The position numbers and the translations under genes are program-made. Shown piece by piece: positions 1-10,031 of a stretch of 32,000 bases of DNA. Positions within the stretch are counted from its first letter, which is position 1. Every line of letters begins with the position of its first letter. Below the pieces are notes generated by a model. That model was given only the letters and a program-made list of their open reading frames with translations. It made no database searches and had not been told where the DNA came from. The stretch covers positions 3,780,001 through 3,812,000 of the forward strand of contig LT962688.1 in assembly GCA_900234795.1 (NCBI GenBank), in the 5' to 3' direction. The stretch is from Methylorubrum extorquens (GTDB lineage: Bacteria; Pseudomonadota; Alphaproteobacteria; Rhizobiales; Beijerinckiaceae).

Positions 1-131
1 CCTTCCTGACCCCCGTCCTGTTCCTGCGCTTCGGTCGCAAGCCGCTTGAGCGGCTGCGCGCCCTCCACGCCGAGGCGCCGGCCCATCCATCCCCGGACGG
101 CGCCCGCGCTCGCCCGGCCGAGGCCTACTGA
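1..131 (+). CDS. 3' end of an upstream CDS (last 42 codons); probably a membrane protein, possibly a metal-efflux pump subunit (family not established)
   Basis: Frame 3 is open from the window edge to TGA 129-131 (FLTPVLFLRFGRKPLERLRALHAEAPAHPSPDGARARPAEAY*). Third positions are G/C-rich. A hydrophobic stretch is followed by a basic tail. Only the copper-gene context suggests an efflux role. Confidence 0.35.
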   Translation, partial: FLTPVLFLRFGRKPLERLRALHAEAPAHPSPDGARARPAEAY

Positions 132-153
132 CCCCCACAACCCAGGAGCCCCC

Positions 154-519
154 ATGATCCTTCCCAGAGTGACCTTGGTCGCGGCGCTGCTCGCCGCGAC
201 GACCGTCTGCGCCCACGAGACCTCCGGCCAGCACGGCGGCCGGGTGACGGACGCCGGCAAGTTCCACGTCGAGCTCGTCGCCAAGGGCGAGACCGTCGAG
301 GTGTTCCTGTCCGACGGCGAGCAGAAGCCCGTCGCGGCGGCCGGCTTCAAGGGCACGGCCATCCTCGTCGTCGGCGGCAAGCCGGCCCGCGTGCCGCTGG
401 AGCCCGCGGACGGCAACCGCCTGTCCGGAAAGGCGGCGGTGGCGCTCGGCGACAGCCCGAAGGGCGCCGTGCAGCTCACCGGCCCGGACGGCGCGACCGC
501 CAGCGGCAAGTTCAATTGA
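154..519 (+). CDS. Small secreted protein of unknown function (121 aa) in the copper cluster
   Basis: ORF-track 46..519 trimmed to ATG 154, with AGGAG 5 nt upstream. Signal-peptide-like N-terminus [20 protein letters not shown] followed by HETSGQHGG. Strong G/C third-position bias. Confidence 0.6.
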   Translation: MILPRVTLVAALLAATTVCAHETSGQHGGRVTDAGKFHVELVAKGETVEVFLSDGEQKPVAAAGFKGTAILVVGGKPARVPLEPADGNRLSGKAAVALGDSPKGAVQLTGPDGATASGKFN

Positions 520-545
520 CCCCTCGCACCAGGAAGACGCCTTCG

Positions 546-935
546 ATGAAGACCCTGACCACGACCCTCGCCGCCGCAGTCCTGGCCCTCGGCCTGTCGG
601 GCGTCGCCATGGCGCACGAGAGCCACGACCATGCGGGCCACGGGGCGCACGACCACGCCGCCATGGCCGCGACGGACACGCCCGCCACCAAGGCGTTCCG
701 GGACGTCGACGCCGAGATGCACCGGAACATGGACATCCGCTACTCGAACGACGTCGACCTCGACTTCGTGCGCGGCATGATCCCCCACCACAAGGGGGCC
801 GTCGGGATGGCCAAGGTCGCCCTCCAGTATTCCAAGGACCCCGAGATCCGGAAGCTGGCCGAGGACATCATCAAGGCCCAGGACGTCGAGATCGCCCAGA
901 TGGAGGCCTTCCTCAGGAAGCGCGGCACCAACTGA
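546..935 (+). CDS. DUF305-family secreted protein with His-rich N-terminus
   Basis: ORF 516..935 trimmed to ATG 546 (GGAAGA upstream). Signal peptide [23 protein letters not shown]. His-rich [17 protein letters not shown]305 core motif [16 protein letters not shown]. Confidence 0.8.
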   Translation: MKTLTTTLAAAVLALGLSGVAMAHESHDHAGHGAHDHAAMAATDTPATKAFRDVDAEMHRNMDIRYSNDVDLDFVRGMIPHHKGAVGMAKVALQYSKDPEIRKLAEDIIKAQDVEIAQMEAFLRKRGTN

Positions 936-959
936 GCGTTCGCGTCCGCGCGTAGGCTG

Positions 960-1019
960 CTCTCCCGGATACGTGATGCGTCAGAGTATTTATTTCTGAA
1001 CGCATCCGTATCGGGAGAG
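960..1019. terminator. Long imperfect hairpin (about 25 bp with three 1-nt bulges and an AT-rich 9-nt loop) downstream of the first DUF305 gene
   Basis: I paired it by hand: 960-985 (ctctcccggatacgtgatgcgtcaga) pairs with 995-1019 (tctgaacgcatccgtatcgggagag). There is no clean T-tract after it, so terminator function is only a guess. Confidence 0.4.
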
Positions 1020-1038
1020 TTGAATATTCAGGCAATGA

Positions 1039-1069
1039 TTGACTGACTTTCATAATACTGAGTCAGCAT
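1039..1069 (+). promoter_or_regulatory. Candidate promoter/operator upstream of the Cys-rich protein gene: TTGACT, a 19-nt spacer containing a dyad, then CAGCAT
   Basis: TTGACT lies at 1039-1044. The dyad is CTGACT 1043-1048 / AGTCAG 1061-1066. The weak -10-like CAGCAT is at 1064-1069. All of this sits in a locally AT-rich patch (1020-1080). Confidence 0.25.
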
Positions 1070-1114
1070 TCCAGTCATGCCGCAATCCCAGCCACGGATA
1101 GACGGAGATCCTGA

Positions 1115-1447
1115 ATGCACCAGATGTCGAGCGACATGCAGTCCTGCATCGACGAGTGCCTGCGCTGCTACCAGACCTGCCTGGGCATGGCTTCGAACCA
1201 CTGCCTCCCGACCGGGGGCAAGCATGTCGAGCCGGAGCACTTCCGGCTGATGCTGGCCTGCGCGGAGATCTGCCGGACCTCGGCGCATTTCATGCTGCTC
1301 GGGACCTCGCACCACAAGCACACCTGCGCCGAGTGCGCCGACGTCTGCGAGGACTGCGCCCGCAGCTGCGAGCAGGTCGGCGACATGCAGGACTGCGTCG
1401 AGCAGTGCCGCCGCTGCGCCGAGAGCTGCCGGAAGATGGCCGCCTGA
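1115..1447 (+). CDS. Cys-rich four-helix-bundle copper-binding protein (DUF326 / Csp-like), no signal peptide
   Basis: 110 aa with 16 Cys in repeated CxxxC/CxxC spacing (CIDECLRCYQTC ... CAECADVCEDCARSC ... CVEQCRRCAESC). GGAGA lies 7 nt upstream of ATG 1115. Confidence 0.85.
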   Translation: MHQMSSDMQSCIDECLRCYQTCLGMASNHCLPTGGKHVEPEHFRLMLACAEICRTSAHFMLLGTSHHKHTCAECADVCEDCARSCEQVGDMQDCVEQCRRCAESCRKMAA

Positions 1448-1503
1448 TCACGACCGGGGCGGCCGAACGGGCCGCTCGCTCCAACAGACCTGAGGAGGCA
1501 AGC

Positions 1504-1977
1504 ATGCTCGTACGTACCCTTACCTTCGCCGCCGCGCTCGCCTGCGCGGCGCCGGCCCTCGCCGCCGAGCACGACCACGGTTCCATGCAATCCGCCGTGA
1601 GGCTGCCGGAGGCCTGCAAGGCGGCGACCGCCGGCAAGGACGCCATGATGAAGGACATGCAGGGGCACATGTCCCAGGCCATGCAGGGCATGGGCGGCCA
1701 GATGACCGAGACCCAGAAGGGGCTCCAGCAGGCCATGATGTCGATGAACGGCCCGATGATGCAGGGGATGATGGCGGGCGACCCCGACGTCGCCTGGATC
1801 TGCGCGATGATCCCGCACCACCAGGGCGCCATCGACATGGCTCGCGCCGGGCTGAAGGGCGCCGACAACGCCGAGAGCAAGCGCCTGGCCGAGAAGACCA
1901 TCGAGGAGCAGGAGAAGAGCATCAAGGAGCTCGTCGCCTGGCTCGACAAGAACGCCAAGAAGGAAGGCAAGCAGTAA
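1504..1977 (+). CDS. DUF305-family secreted protein with Met-rich insert
   Basis: ORF 1156..1977 trimmed to ATG 1504 (GAGGAGG upstream). Signal peptide MLVRTLTFAAALACAAPALA. 14 Met in a 45-residue stretch (nt 1645-1779). DUF305 core ICAMIPHHQGAIDMA. Confidence 0.8.
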   Translation: MLVRTLTFAAALACAAPALAAEHDHGSMQSAVRLPEACKAATAGKDAMMKDMQGHMSQAMQGMGGQMTETQKGLQQAMMSMNGPMMQGMMAGDPDVAWICAMIPHHQGAIDMARAGLKGADNAESKRLAEKTIEEQEKSIKELVAWLDKNAKKEGKQ

Positions 1978-2045
1978 GCCGCCGGTCGCCGCCGGGTCGC
2001 TCACGGCCCGGCGGCACCCCCCTCGGCCATGCGGAAGGAACAGCC

Positions 2046-4480
<2,435 letters not shown>

Positions 4481-4575
4481 CGGCAAGCCGTTCGGACCGG
4501 CGTCGGCCGGTCCGGAAGTCCCCGATTCCTCGACGTGCCGGCCTTCGCGCCGGCCATTCCCGTGCGGAGCACCGG

Positions 4576-5811
4576 TTGTTCACCCCCGCCATCGTCCACG
4601 ACTTCATCCACCGCCTCGCCGGGCTGGACCAGCCTCATAGCCACTGGTGGATCGAGCTCGTGGCGGTTCTCGCCTGCATCGTGGCGCCGGCCTGGACGGG
4701 ATGGCTGGGCCTCAGGATGAGCTGGCGCTGGCTACGGGGGCGCAGCGGCGGGTCCCCAACGCGACCGACCGGCGTCGCGGTGGCGACGGTGTGGCGGCTT
4801 GAGCGCTACGTCATCCGGGCGACGCTGCGCTTCCAGCTCCGGCTGGTCCTGCTCTCCCTCCTGACGCTGCCCGCGGCCTGGCTCCTCCTGGAAATCCCCA
4901 AGCACATCATCAACCACGCACTCGCGGACGCGGATGGCGACGGCCCGCCGGCGATGACGTTCCTCGGCTTGGGTCTCGGGCGCGTCGAGCTCCTGTTCGC
5001 GCTCTGCGCGGGCTACCTCGCCGTGCTCACGCTGGGCGGGCTGGCCAAGTATGCGGTCGCCCGGGCGCGGGGACGCCTGAACGAGCGCCTCGTCCGCCGC
5101 TTGCGCCTCGCCGTCGTCCGCCGGGCCCGCGGGGAGCGCTCGCCCGAGCGCCGGGCCGCTCTCGCGGCGGTCGCGGTGCAGGAGGTCGAGCCCATCGGCT
5201 ACTTCGGGGCCGGCCTCGTGGCGGTGCCCCTCGTGCAGGGCGGCACGCTCCTGACCAGCATCATCTTCCTTCTCTTCCAGAACGTCGCCCTGGCGCTCGC
5301 GGCGCTGGTGATGCTGCCGGTGCAGCTCACCATCCTGCCGCGGCTGCAGCGGCGCCTGAACGCCAAGGTGCGCGAGCGGGTGCACTTGACCCGGTCGCTC
5401 GGCGGCTTCCTGACCGCCCCTGGAGAGGGTTGCTCGGCCCAGCTTCGCCAGATGCTGCAGGCCGAGGCCCTGGAGAGGGTGCGCGTCGAGATCGCCGACC
5501 TCAAGGGGCGGCTAAAGGGGCTCTACAACTTCACCTCGAACCTGACGCCGTTCTTTTTCTTCTCGGTCGGTGGCTACCTCGTCATCCAGGGACGCCTCTC
5601 GCTCGGGGCCCTCGTCGCGGCCCTGGCGGCCTACAAGGAGATCGCGCCGGCCATGCGGGAGCTGTTCGACTTCGCGCAGGACTGGTCCGACGCGAGGGCC
5701 CGGTTCGAGGAGGTCACGAAGGCGCTCGGCCGGCCCGAGCTGGCGGGCGCCCGCGTTGCCGCGCCTGCCGGTCATCCGGCCACCGCCCGGCCGAGCCTGA
5801 CGGCGGCTTGA
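4576..5811 (+). CDS. ABC-exporter-type transmembrane domain protein lacking a nucleotide-binding domain (possibly truncated)
   Basis: 411-aa ORF from TTG 4576 (alternative in-frame ATG at 4717). It has several long hydrophobic helices and intracellular-loop-like basic segments typical of type-I ABC exporter TMDs. No Walker A or LSGGQ occurs in any frame downstream. A convergent gene ends at 5888. Confidence 0.55.
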   Translation: MFTPAIVHDFIHRLAGLDQPHSHWWIELVAVLACIVAPAWTGWLGLRMSWRWLRGRSGGSPTRPTGVAVATVWRLERYVIRATLRFQLRLVLLSLLTLPAAWLLLEIPKHIINHALADADGDGPPAMTFLGLGLGRVELLFALCAGYLAVLTLGGLAKYAVARARGRLNERLVRRLRLAVVRRARGERSPERRAALAAVAVQEVEPIGYFGAGLVAVPLVQGGTLLTSIIFLLFQNVALALAALVMLPVQLTILPRLQRRLNAKVRERVHLTRSLGGFLTAPGEGCSAQLRQMLQAEALERVRVEIADLKGRLKGLYNFTSNLTPFFFFSVGGYLVIQGRLSLGALVAALAAYKEIAPAMRELFDFAQDWSDARARFEEVTKALGRPELAGARVAAPAGHPATARPSLTAA

Positions 5812-5887
5812 GCCGGCGCGTCGGGGCGTGGCCGATCCCGGGCCGGTCGCCCTCTGCCGGCAGCTCGGCCGTGGTCACGTCGGGCGC

Positions 5888-6601
5888 CTACGCTTGCGCG
5901 GAGGCGGGCTCGGACGGCTCGCCGGGCTCCGCCTGCCCCGGCCGCACGATCCGCCAGCGCGCGTTCTGGCCGAGGCCGCAAGCGATGTGCCCTTCGGCGC
6001 GGAGGCTGCCCCGCACCGCGTGCACTTGAGACATGGGGAAGCCGCGCGACCGCACCGCCTCGACGAGATCCTCACCCGCGAGCCCGGCTTCGCCGGCCGC
6101 GGTCAGGGCTTCGAGGATCATCCGTCCCACCGGGGTTTCCCGTGGTTGGGCGACGTGCGGGGTGGCGCGCACGGGAATTACCGCTCCCGTCTCAAGGAAG
6201 CGCGGCGCCAGGGACCACGAGGTCGTCGCGCGGTCCTTGAGCAGTATCCCCTGCTTCTTCAGCCTCGTCTTCACCTTCTCCGCACAGTCGAGGGTGTAGC
6301 CCGCGTCGAGGACGATGCGGGTCAGGTCCGGTCCGTACATGCGGTGCCCGGGGGCTTCGAGAAGCGCCTCGATCACCAGTCTCGCGACCGGGGACCCTGC
6401 GCGCGAAGCCTCGTAGCGCGCCGTGGGCGCGGGCCCGGAGACGGGGATGTCGCCGACCGGGACGGGCACCTTGTCGGCCGCGTCGCGCAGGGCGCGCTTC
6501 ACGAGGAGGGGGGCCAGCCTCTCCTCGAAATGCCTGCGCAGGGCGGCGTACTCAGCCTCGATCAGCGCTTCCAGGTCGATGGTCCGGGCCTCGTGCAGCA
6601 T
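5888..6601 (-). CDS. Hypothetical protein with two tandem winged-helix-like repeats (237 aa)
   Basis: ORF 5888..6754 trimmed to ATG 6601, preceded by GAGGAGG. Internal repeat: SPVARLVIEALLEAPGHRMYGPDLTRIVLDAG... versus TPVGRMILEALTAAGEAGLAGEDLVEAVRSRG... Confidence 0.55.
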   Translation of the reverse strand: MLHEARTIDLEALIEAEYAALRRHFEERLAPLLVKRALRDAADKVPVPVGDIPVSGPAPTARYEASRAGSPVARLVIEALLEAPGHRMYGPDLTRIVLDAGYTLDCAEKVKTRLKKQGILLKDRATTSWSLAPRFLETGAVIPVRATPHVAQPRETPVGRMILEALTAAGEAGLAGEDLVEAVRSRGFPMSQVHAVRGSLRAEGHIACGLGQNARWRIVRPGQAEPGEPSEPASAQA

Positions 6602-6611
6602 TCCCGCCTCC

Positions 6612-6941
6612 TCATCCGTCGGTCGATGAGGGCCATAGGGGCGGGCGGAAGGGAACCCGGTCGCCCGACGAAGGTCGACCCGGTCCGCGACCTGGGCGCA
6701 CCCGGTTCGGACGCGGGTTCCCGGCCCGCGGCCCGGGTGCGGCCAGGCTCGCATCCAGATGGCGGTGGACCACCCTGTTCGGCTCGCCCGACCGGTTTCG
6801 GGCCATGGCCGCCGAGGAAGCGAAGCGCCTCATGGCCTCGCGCAGGGCACCATCGGGGTCGTTGTGAGCGAGGGGCGCGCCCAGGTCGGCCGCCGCGGGC
6901 GCCCTGGGCTGAGCACGCACTGCCATCAGCGGGTTATCCAC
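6612..6941 (-). CDS. Hypothetical ORF (109 aa), weak support
   Basis: G/C third-position bias holds over roughly the first two thirds. There is no clear RBS and the start is GTG. It sits directly upstream of the 5888..6601 gene on the same strand. Confidence 0.25.
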   Translation of the reverse strand: MDNPLMAVRAQPRAPAAADLGAPLAHNDPDGALREAMRRFASSAAMARNRSGEPNRVVHRHLDASLAAPGPRAGNPRPNRVRPGRGPGRPSSGDRVPFRPPLWPSSTDG

Positions 6942-7652
6942 AGGATTTCGGTGGATTGGGCGGACGGCGGGTCGCCGGCGTCAGCCGTTCAGCGTGAAAC
7001 CGCCTCGGGCACGGGCGCCCACGGCCTCGGAAAGCCGGGGCCCGGGTCGAAACGCTGGGAGACCCCACCGCCACCGGCGCGCCGCCTCCAGCGGCAATCG
7101 CGCCCCGTCAGGTCCGTTAGGACGAGCACCAGCCCGGTTTCCAGCGAGAATGCCAGGCCCGGCCTGCGGCGAGCGCGCGGCGGACTTCGTTCAGAACCTC
7201 CCCGTCCCGTTCTCCGCGCGCGGGGAGCGCCAAGGCAGTCCCGTCCCAGCCGTGGGATGCCCGCGGTCACAGCGCCCCGGGTCAGGGACAGAAGATCCTC
7301 GGACCGGCGGGCGGCTCGCATGGCGATGGGTCATGTCCAGGCCATGACTAGGCGCCTCCTGACCAGAGGCAGCCTTGCTCGATGCTCCGGCCGCCATCCG
7401 CGCCTCATTCGGCTGGCAGCAGCCCGAAAAGAGGTTGGACCGCCCCCGGGACGAGGGCGGCCCTGTATTACTCTAGGTTTCCTTAGTGCGGAACTTTGGT
7501 GTCCGAAATCACGTCAATGGGTCGGCTACCATCAACAGCTACGTGTCGGCATGGTCAGCAGCGAAAAGGTGGTGATGTTGGTGATCTTGATGGCAGGGTT
7601 CACGGCACGCGCTGCATCCGCCCTACCAGCGGAGCCTTGAGAACTTCTACGT

Positions 7653-7679
7653 CGTCCGCTTCCTGCGTCGAAGCGGACG
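7653..7679. other. Perfect 10-bp stem / 7-nt loop hairpin in a low-GC non-coding patch
   Basis: cgtccgcttc (7653-7662) pairs with gaagcggacg (7670-7679). The loop is ctgcgtc. Confidence 0.7.
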
Positions 7680-7886
7680 CCGAAGGCCGTGGTGTTAAGG
7701 GGCCGCTATGGGTCAGGAGTGAGCGTTCAGCTAATGAACTCCCGAGGCCAACTGGCTCATCCAGCAGGCCGCTGGAGCGATCGATGTCCCCCGCTGGTCC
7801 GCCAAGCTCGCCGTCAAACGCGCGCGAGGCGGCCGCCGCCCGCATCCAGGGCGTCCTGAGCCTCTGAGCCCCGGTGCAAGGAAACC

Positions 7887-7908
7887 GTAGCGATCCCAGG
7901 ATCGCTAC
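7887..7908. terminator. 9-bp stem / 4-nt loop hairpin just downstream of the minus-strand gene ending at 7947
   Basis: gtagcgatc (7887-7895) pairs with gatcgctac (7900-7908). It is positioned like a terminator, but there is no U-tract. Confidence 0.35.
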
Positions 7909-7946
7909 GTTCGGTAGGCCAACGTGCGTCCCACCGCGGGCGCACG

Positions 7947-8474
7947 TCAGGCCGACACGCTCTCCCGGGCGGCCCGCGCGGCGGCGGCCCGGGCCCGGGT
8001 GGCGCCCTCCCTCGTCCGGTACTCGGCACCCCGCCAGTGGACGCGCGTCCACCACAGGCACCTGCGCACGGTCACCGGCTCCGCCAGGACGGCCGCCTCC
8101 GCCTCCGCAGCGCGCTCCTCCCTCGTCATGGGGCGCCTCGCCGGCGGCAGGTCCTCGGCCCGGGCGACGGCGTCATAGGCGTCCGCAAAGGCGGCCTCCC
8201 ACGCCCTCTCGGGCACCCCGCCCTCATACGTCCTCCCCGTGCGCGAGAGGACGGGGTCGAACGGGGCGACGGCGTCGAGGGCTCCCCTCAGCGCGGCAAG
8301 CTGCGCCCGGCGCCCGGCGTCCTGGGCGGCCGCCTCGGCCCGGGCACGGGCGAGCTCCCGCTCCAGGGCCTCCGCCCGGTCCTGCCACGCCCACGTCGTC
8401 GCGCGCGCCTCACGGATGGCCCGGCCGTAGCCGATTGCCGTGCCCATGCCCTCGAAATCCAGCCCCTGAGACAC
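7947..8474 (-). CDS. Hypothetical protein (175 aa from GTG 8474; 194-aa ORF in the track)
   Basis: Good G/C third-position bias. GGGAGG lies 5 nt upstream of GTG 8472-8474. It has an Ala/Arg/Glu-rich coiled-coil-like centre. I recognise no family. Confidence 0.5.
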   Translation of the reverse strand: MSQGLDFEGMGTAIGYGRAIREARATTWAWQDRAEALERELARARAEAAAQDAGRRAQLAALRGALDAVAPFDPVLSRTGRTYEGGVPERAWEAAFADAYDAVARAEDLPPARRPMTREERAAEAEAAVLAEPVTVRRCLWWTRVHWRGAEYRTREGATRARAAAARAARESVSA

Positions 8475-8617
8475 CCCCGCCTCCCGCCCGAAAACCCAGT
8501 CCGGACAGGAGTCTAGCCGATGCCCGCGCACCTGGAATCCCCCCTCGGCGCGAAAGCCCAGGGATAACTATGCAGGGGTGAATGGTAAATAATCTTTCCA
8601 AATCGCCCTAATGCCAG

Positions 8618-8646
8618 TTGCGTCCAGCCGCGTTCCAGGAAATATT
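8618..8646 (+). promoter_or_regulatory. Candidate sigma70-like promoter for the plus-strand orphan operon (TTGCGT-N17-AATATT)
   Basis: TTGCGT at 8618-8623, a 17-nt spacer, then AATATT at 8641-8646. It lies in the AT-rich divergent intergenic region 8531-8683. Confidence 0.3.
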
Positions 8647-8683
8647 ACTTACCATGGAGGACGGTCCTCCCGGAGACAGACAG

Positions 8684-8875
8684 ATGACCCAGACCTCCTC
8701 CTCCTCCTCCTCCTTCAACCCCTACGTCCCCCCCTTCGCCGACACCGCCGAGGCCCTCGCCGCCTGGGAGGCCGAGGCCGCCGAGTGGCACGCCGGGCAG
8801 GCCGCCCGGATCGCCTCCGGTGAGGAGCCCCCCCTCAACCTGGTCCCCGACTTCGTGGTCCTCCTCGCCGACTGA
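8684..8875 (+). CDS. Orphan small protein A1 (63 aa, Ser-run N-terminus)
   Basis: ORF 8618..8875 trimmed to ATG 8684 (GGAGA 7 nt upstream; alternative ATG at 8654). G/C third-position bias. Confidence 0.5.
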   Translation: MTQTSSSSSSFNPYVPPFADTAEALAAWEAEAAEWHAGQAARIASGEEPPLNLVPDFVVLLAD

Positions 8876-8881
8876 GACACA

Positions 8882-8903
8882 GCCGGGGCCTCCGGGCCCC
8901 GGC
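8882..8903 (+). other. Intercistronic GC hairpin (9-bp stem)
   Basis: gccggggcc (8882-8890) pairs with ggccccggc (8895-8903). Confidence 0.7.
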
Positions 8904-8932
8904 ACCCCGCCCTCCGGAACAGGCAGAACGCC

Positions 8933-9280
8933 ATGACCCCCGCGACCCTCACCCGCCTCGGCGAGCTCCTCTACGGCCCGCGGTACGCCACCGCCCTCGC
9001 GGAGGCCCTGTCCGCCGACGGCGAGCACCGCGCGCAGGTCTCCCACGTCTCCACCTGGTGCGCCGGCAAACGCCCGATCCCCGCATGGGTCGCCGGCCGC
9101 GCCCGGGAGATCGCAACGCAGGGCCAGCGCGACCTCGTCGAGCGCCTCACCGCCCTGAGCGAGCTCCTCATCGACCCCACCGCCCTGCACCCGTCCCAGC
9201 CCGCCCGTCCCGGCCGCCTCGACCGCCTCCGGGGACCGCACCCCGACGACGTCCCAGACACCGAGCCCACCGACGCCTGA
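8933..9280 (+). CDS. Orphan protein A2 (115 aa) with HTH-like N-terminal domain; paralogous to part of A6
   Basis: LTRLGELLYGPRYATALAEAL...QVSHVSTWCAGKRPIP shares the pattern L-RL--LLYG-R--T-LA ... QV--W--G---P with residues ~70-115 of the 10876..11400 product. Confidence 0.6.
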   Translation: MTPATLTRLGELLYGPRYATALAEALSADGEHRAQVSHVSTWCAGKRPIPAWVAGRAREIATQGQRDLVERLTALSELLIDPTALHPSQPARPGRLDRLRGPHPDDVPDTEPTDA

Positions 9281-9316
9281 CCGCCACCCGCTAGCCACAG
9301 ACACGAGGACCCCGAC

Positions 9317-9874
9317 ATGACCAACGCCATCGCCACCGCCCTCGGCAACCTCCGCCGCAACGACTTGCTCACGGACGCGCAGGTCGAGGCCGGCATCGCC
9401 GCCCTTGCTGCCCATCCGCGCGTCGACTCCGTCGAGAGGGCCAACGACGATCCGTGGGGCCGGGCGCAGGTGCGCATCGTTGCCCGGGACACGGCCCGGG
9501 GGGACCTGGACCGCGTGATCGTCCTGGTCGACGCCCTGAACGCCATGCGCCGCACCCGCGCCGAGGCCCTCGCGGACTGGGAGGCGATGGACCGCCGGGA
9601 CGCCGCGCAGGCCGCCGTCGCTCGCCAGGAGGCCGAGTACCGCGCCCTCACGGAGGACGAGCGCGAGGCCATGAGGCAGGACGGCGCCGCCCGCCTGCGC
9701 GAGGCCGGCATCCACCCGCGGACGCTCGTCAAGGTCTGCAACGGGCTCGCGAGGGGCAGCCACCTGCCCGACGCCGACCTGGAGGCCTGGTCGATCTACG
9801 TGCGCGAGGTCGTGCGGGGGCGCCCCCGCCCCATGGACCTCGGCCGCTACGTCGCCGGCTGCGTCACGCACTGA
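9317..9874 (+). CDS. Orphan protein A3 (185 aa)
   Basis: GAGGA lies 8 nt upstream of ATG 9317. Strong G/C third-position bias. No recognisable domain. Confidence 0.6.
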   Translation: MTNAIATALGNLRRNDLLTDAQVEAGIAALAAHPRVDSVERANDDPWGRAQVRIVARDTARGDLDRVIVLVDALNAMRRTRAEALADWEAMDRRDAAQAAVARQEAEYRALTEDEREAMRQDGAARLREAGIHPRTLVKVCNGLARGSHLPDADLEAWSIYVREVVRGRPRPMDLGRYVAGCVTH

Positions 9875-9881
9875 CCGCCCC

Positions 9882-9908
9882 GGGTGTGTGCGGAAACCGC
9901 ACACACCC
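9882..9908 (+). other. Perfect 12-bp stem / 3-nt loop hairpin between A3 and A4
   Basis: gggtgtgtgcgg (9882-9893), loop aaa, ccgcacacaccc (9897-9908). No T-tract follows. Confidence 0.85.
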
Positions 9909-10031
9909 CGACCTCCCGCCAGCCGCCCTCCCGGGGGACGCTGGCCGGGGGCCGACGAGGTCACCCGCCCGAACCCCAAGCGGGACCCCGACACCGCCGA
10001 GCCTGAGCGCCGGCAACCTGAGGACAGAACC

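Noticed and set aside
7551-7640. 29-aa hydrophobic peptide (MVSSEKVVMLVILMAGFTARAASALPAEP) as a type I toxin
   Set aside because: There is no RBS, no obvious antisense RNA promoter or terminator arrangement, and a single hydrophobic stretch in a low-GC patch can arise by chance. It is noted under the 7440-7910 finding only.
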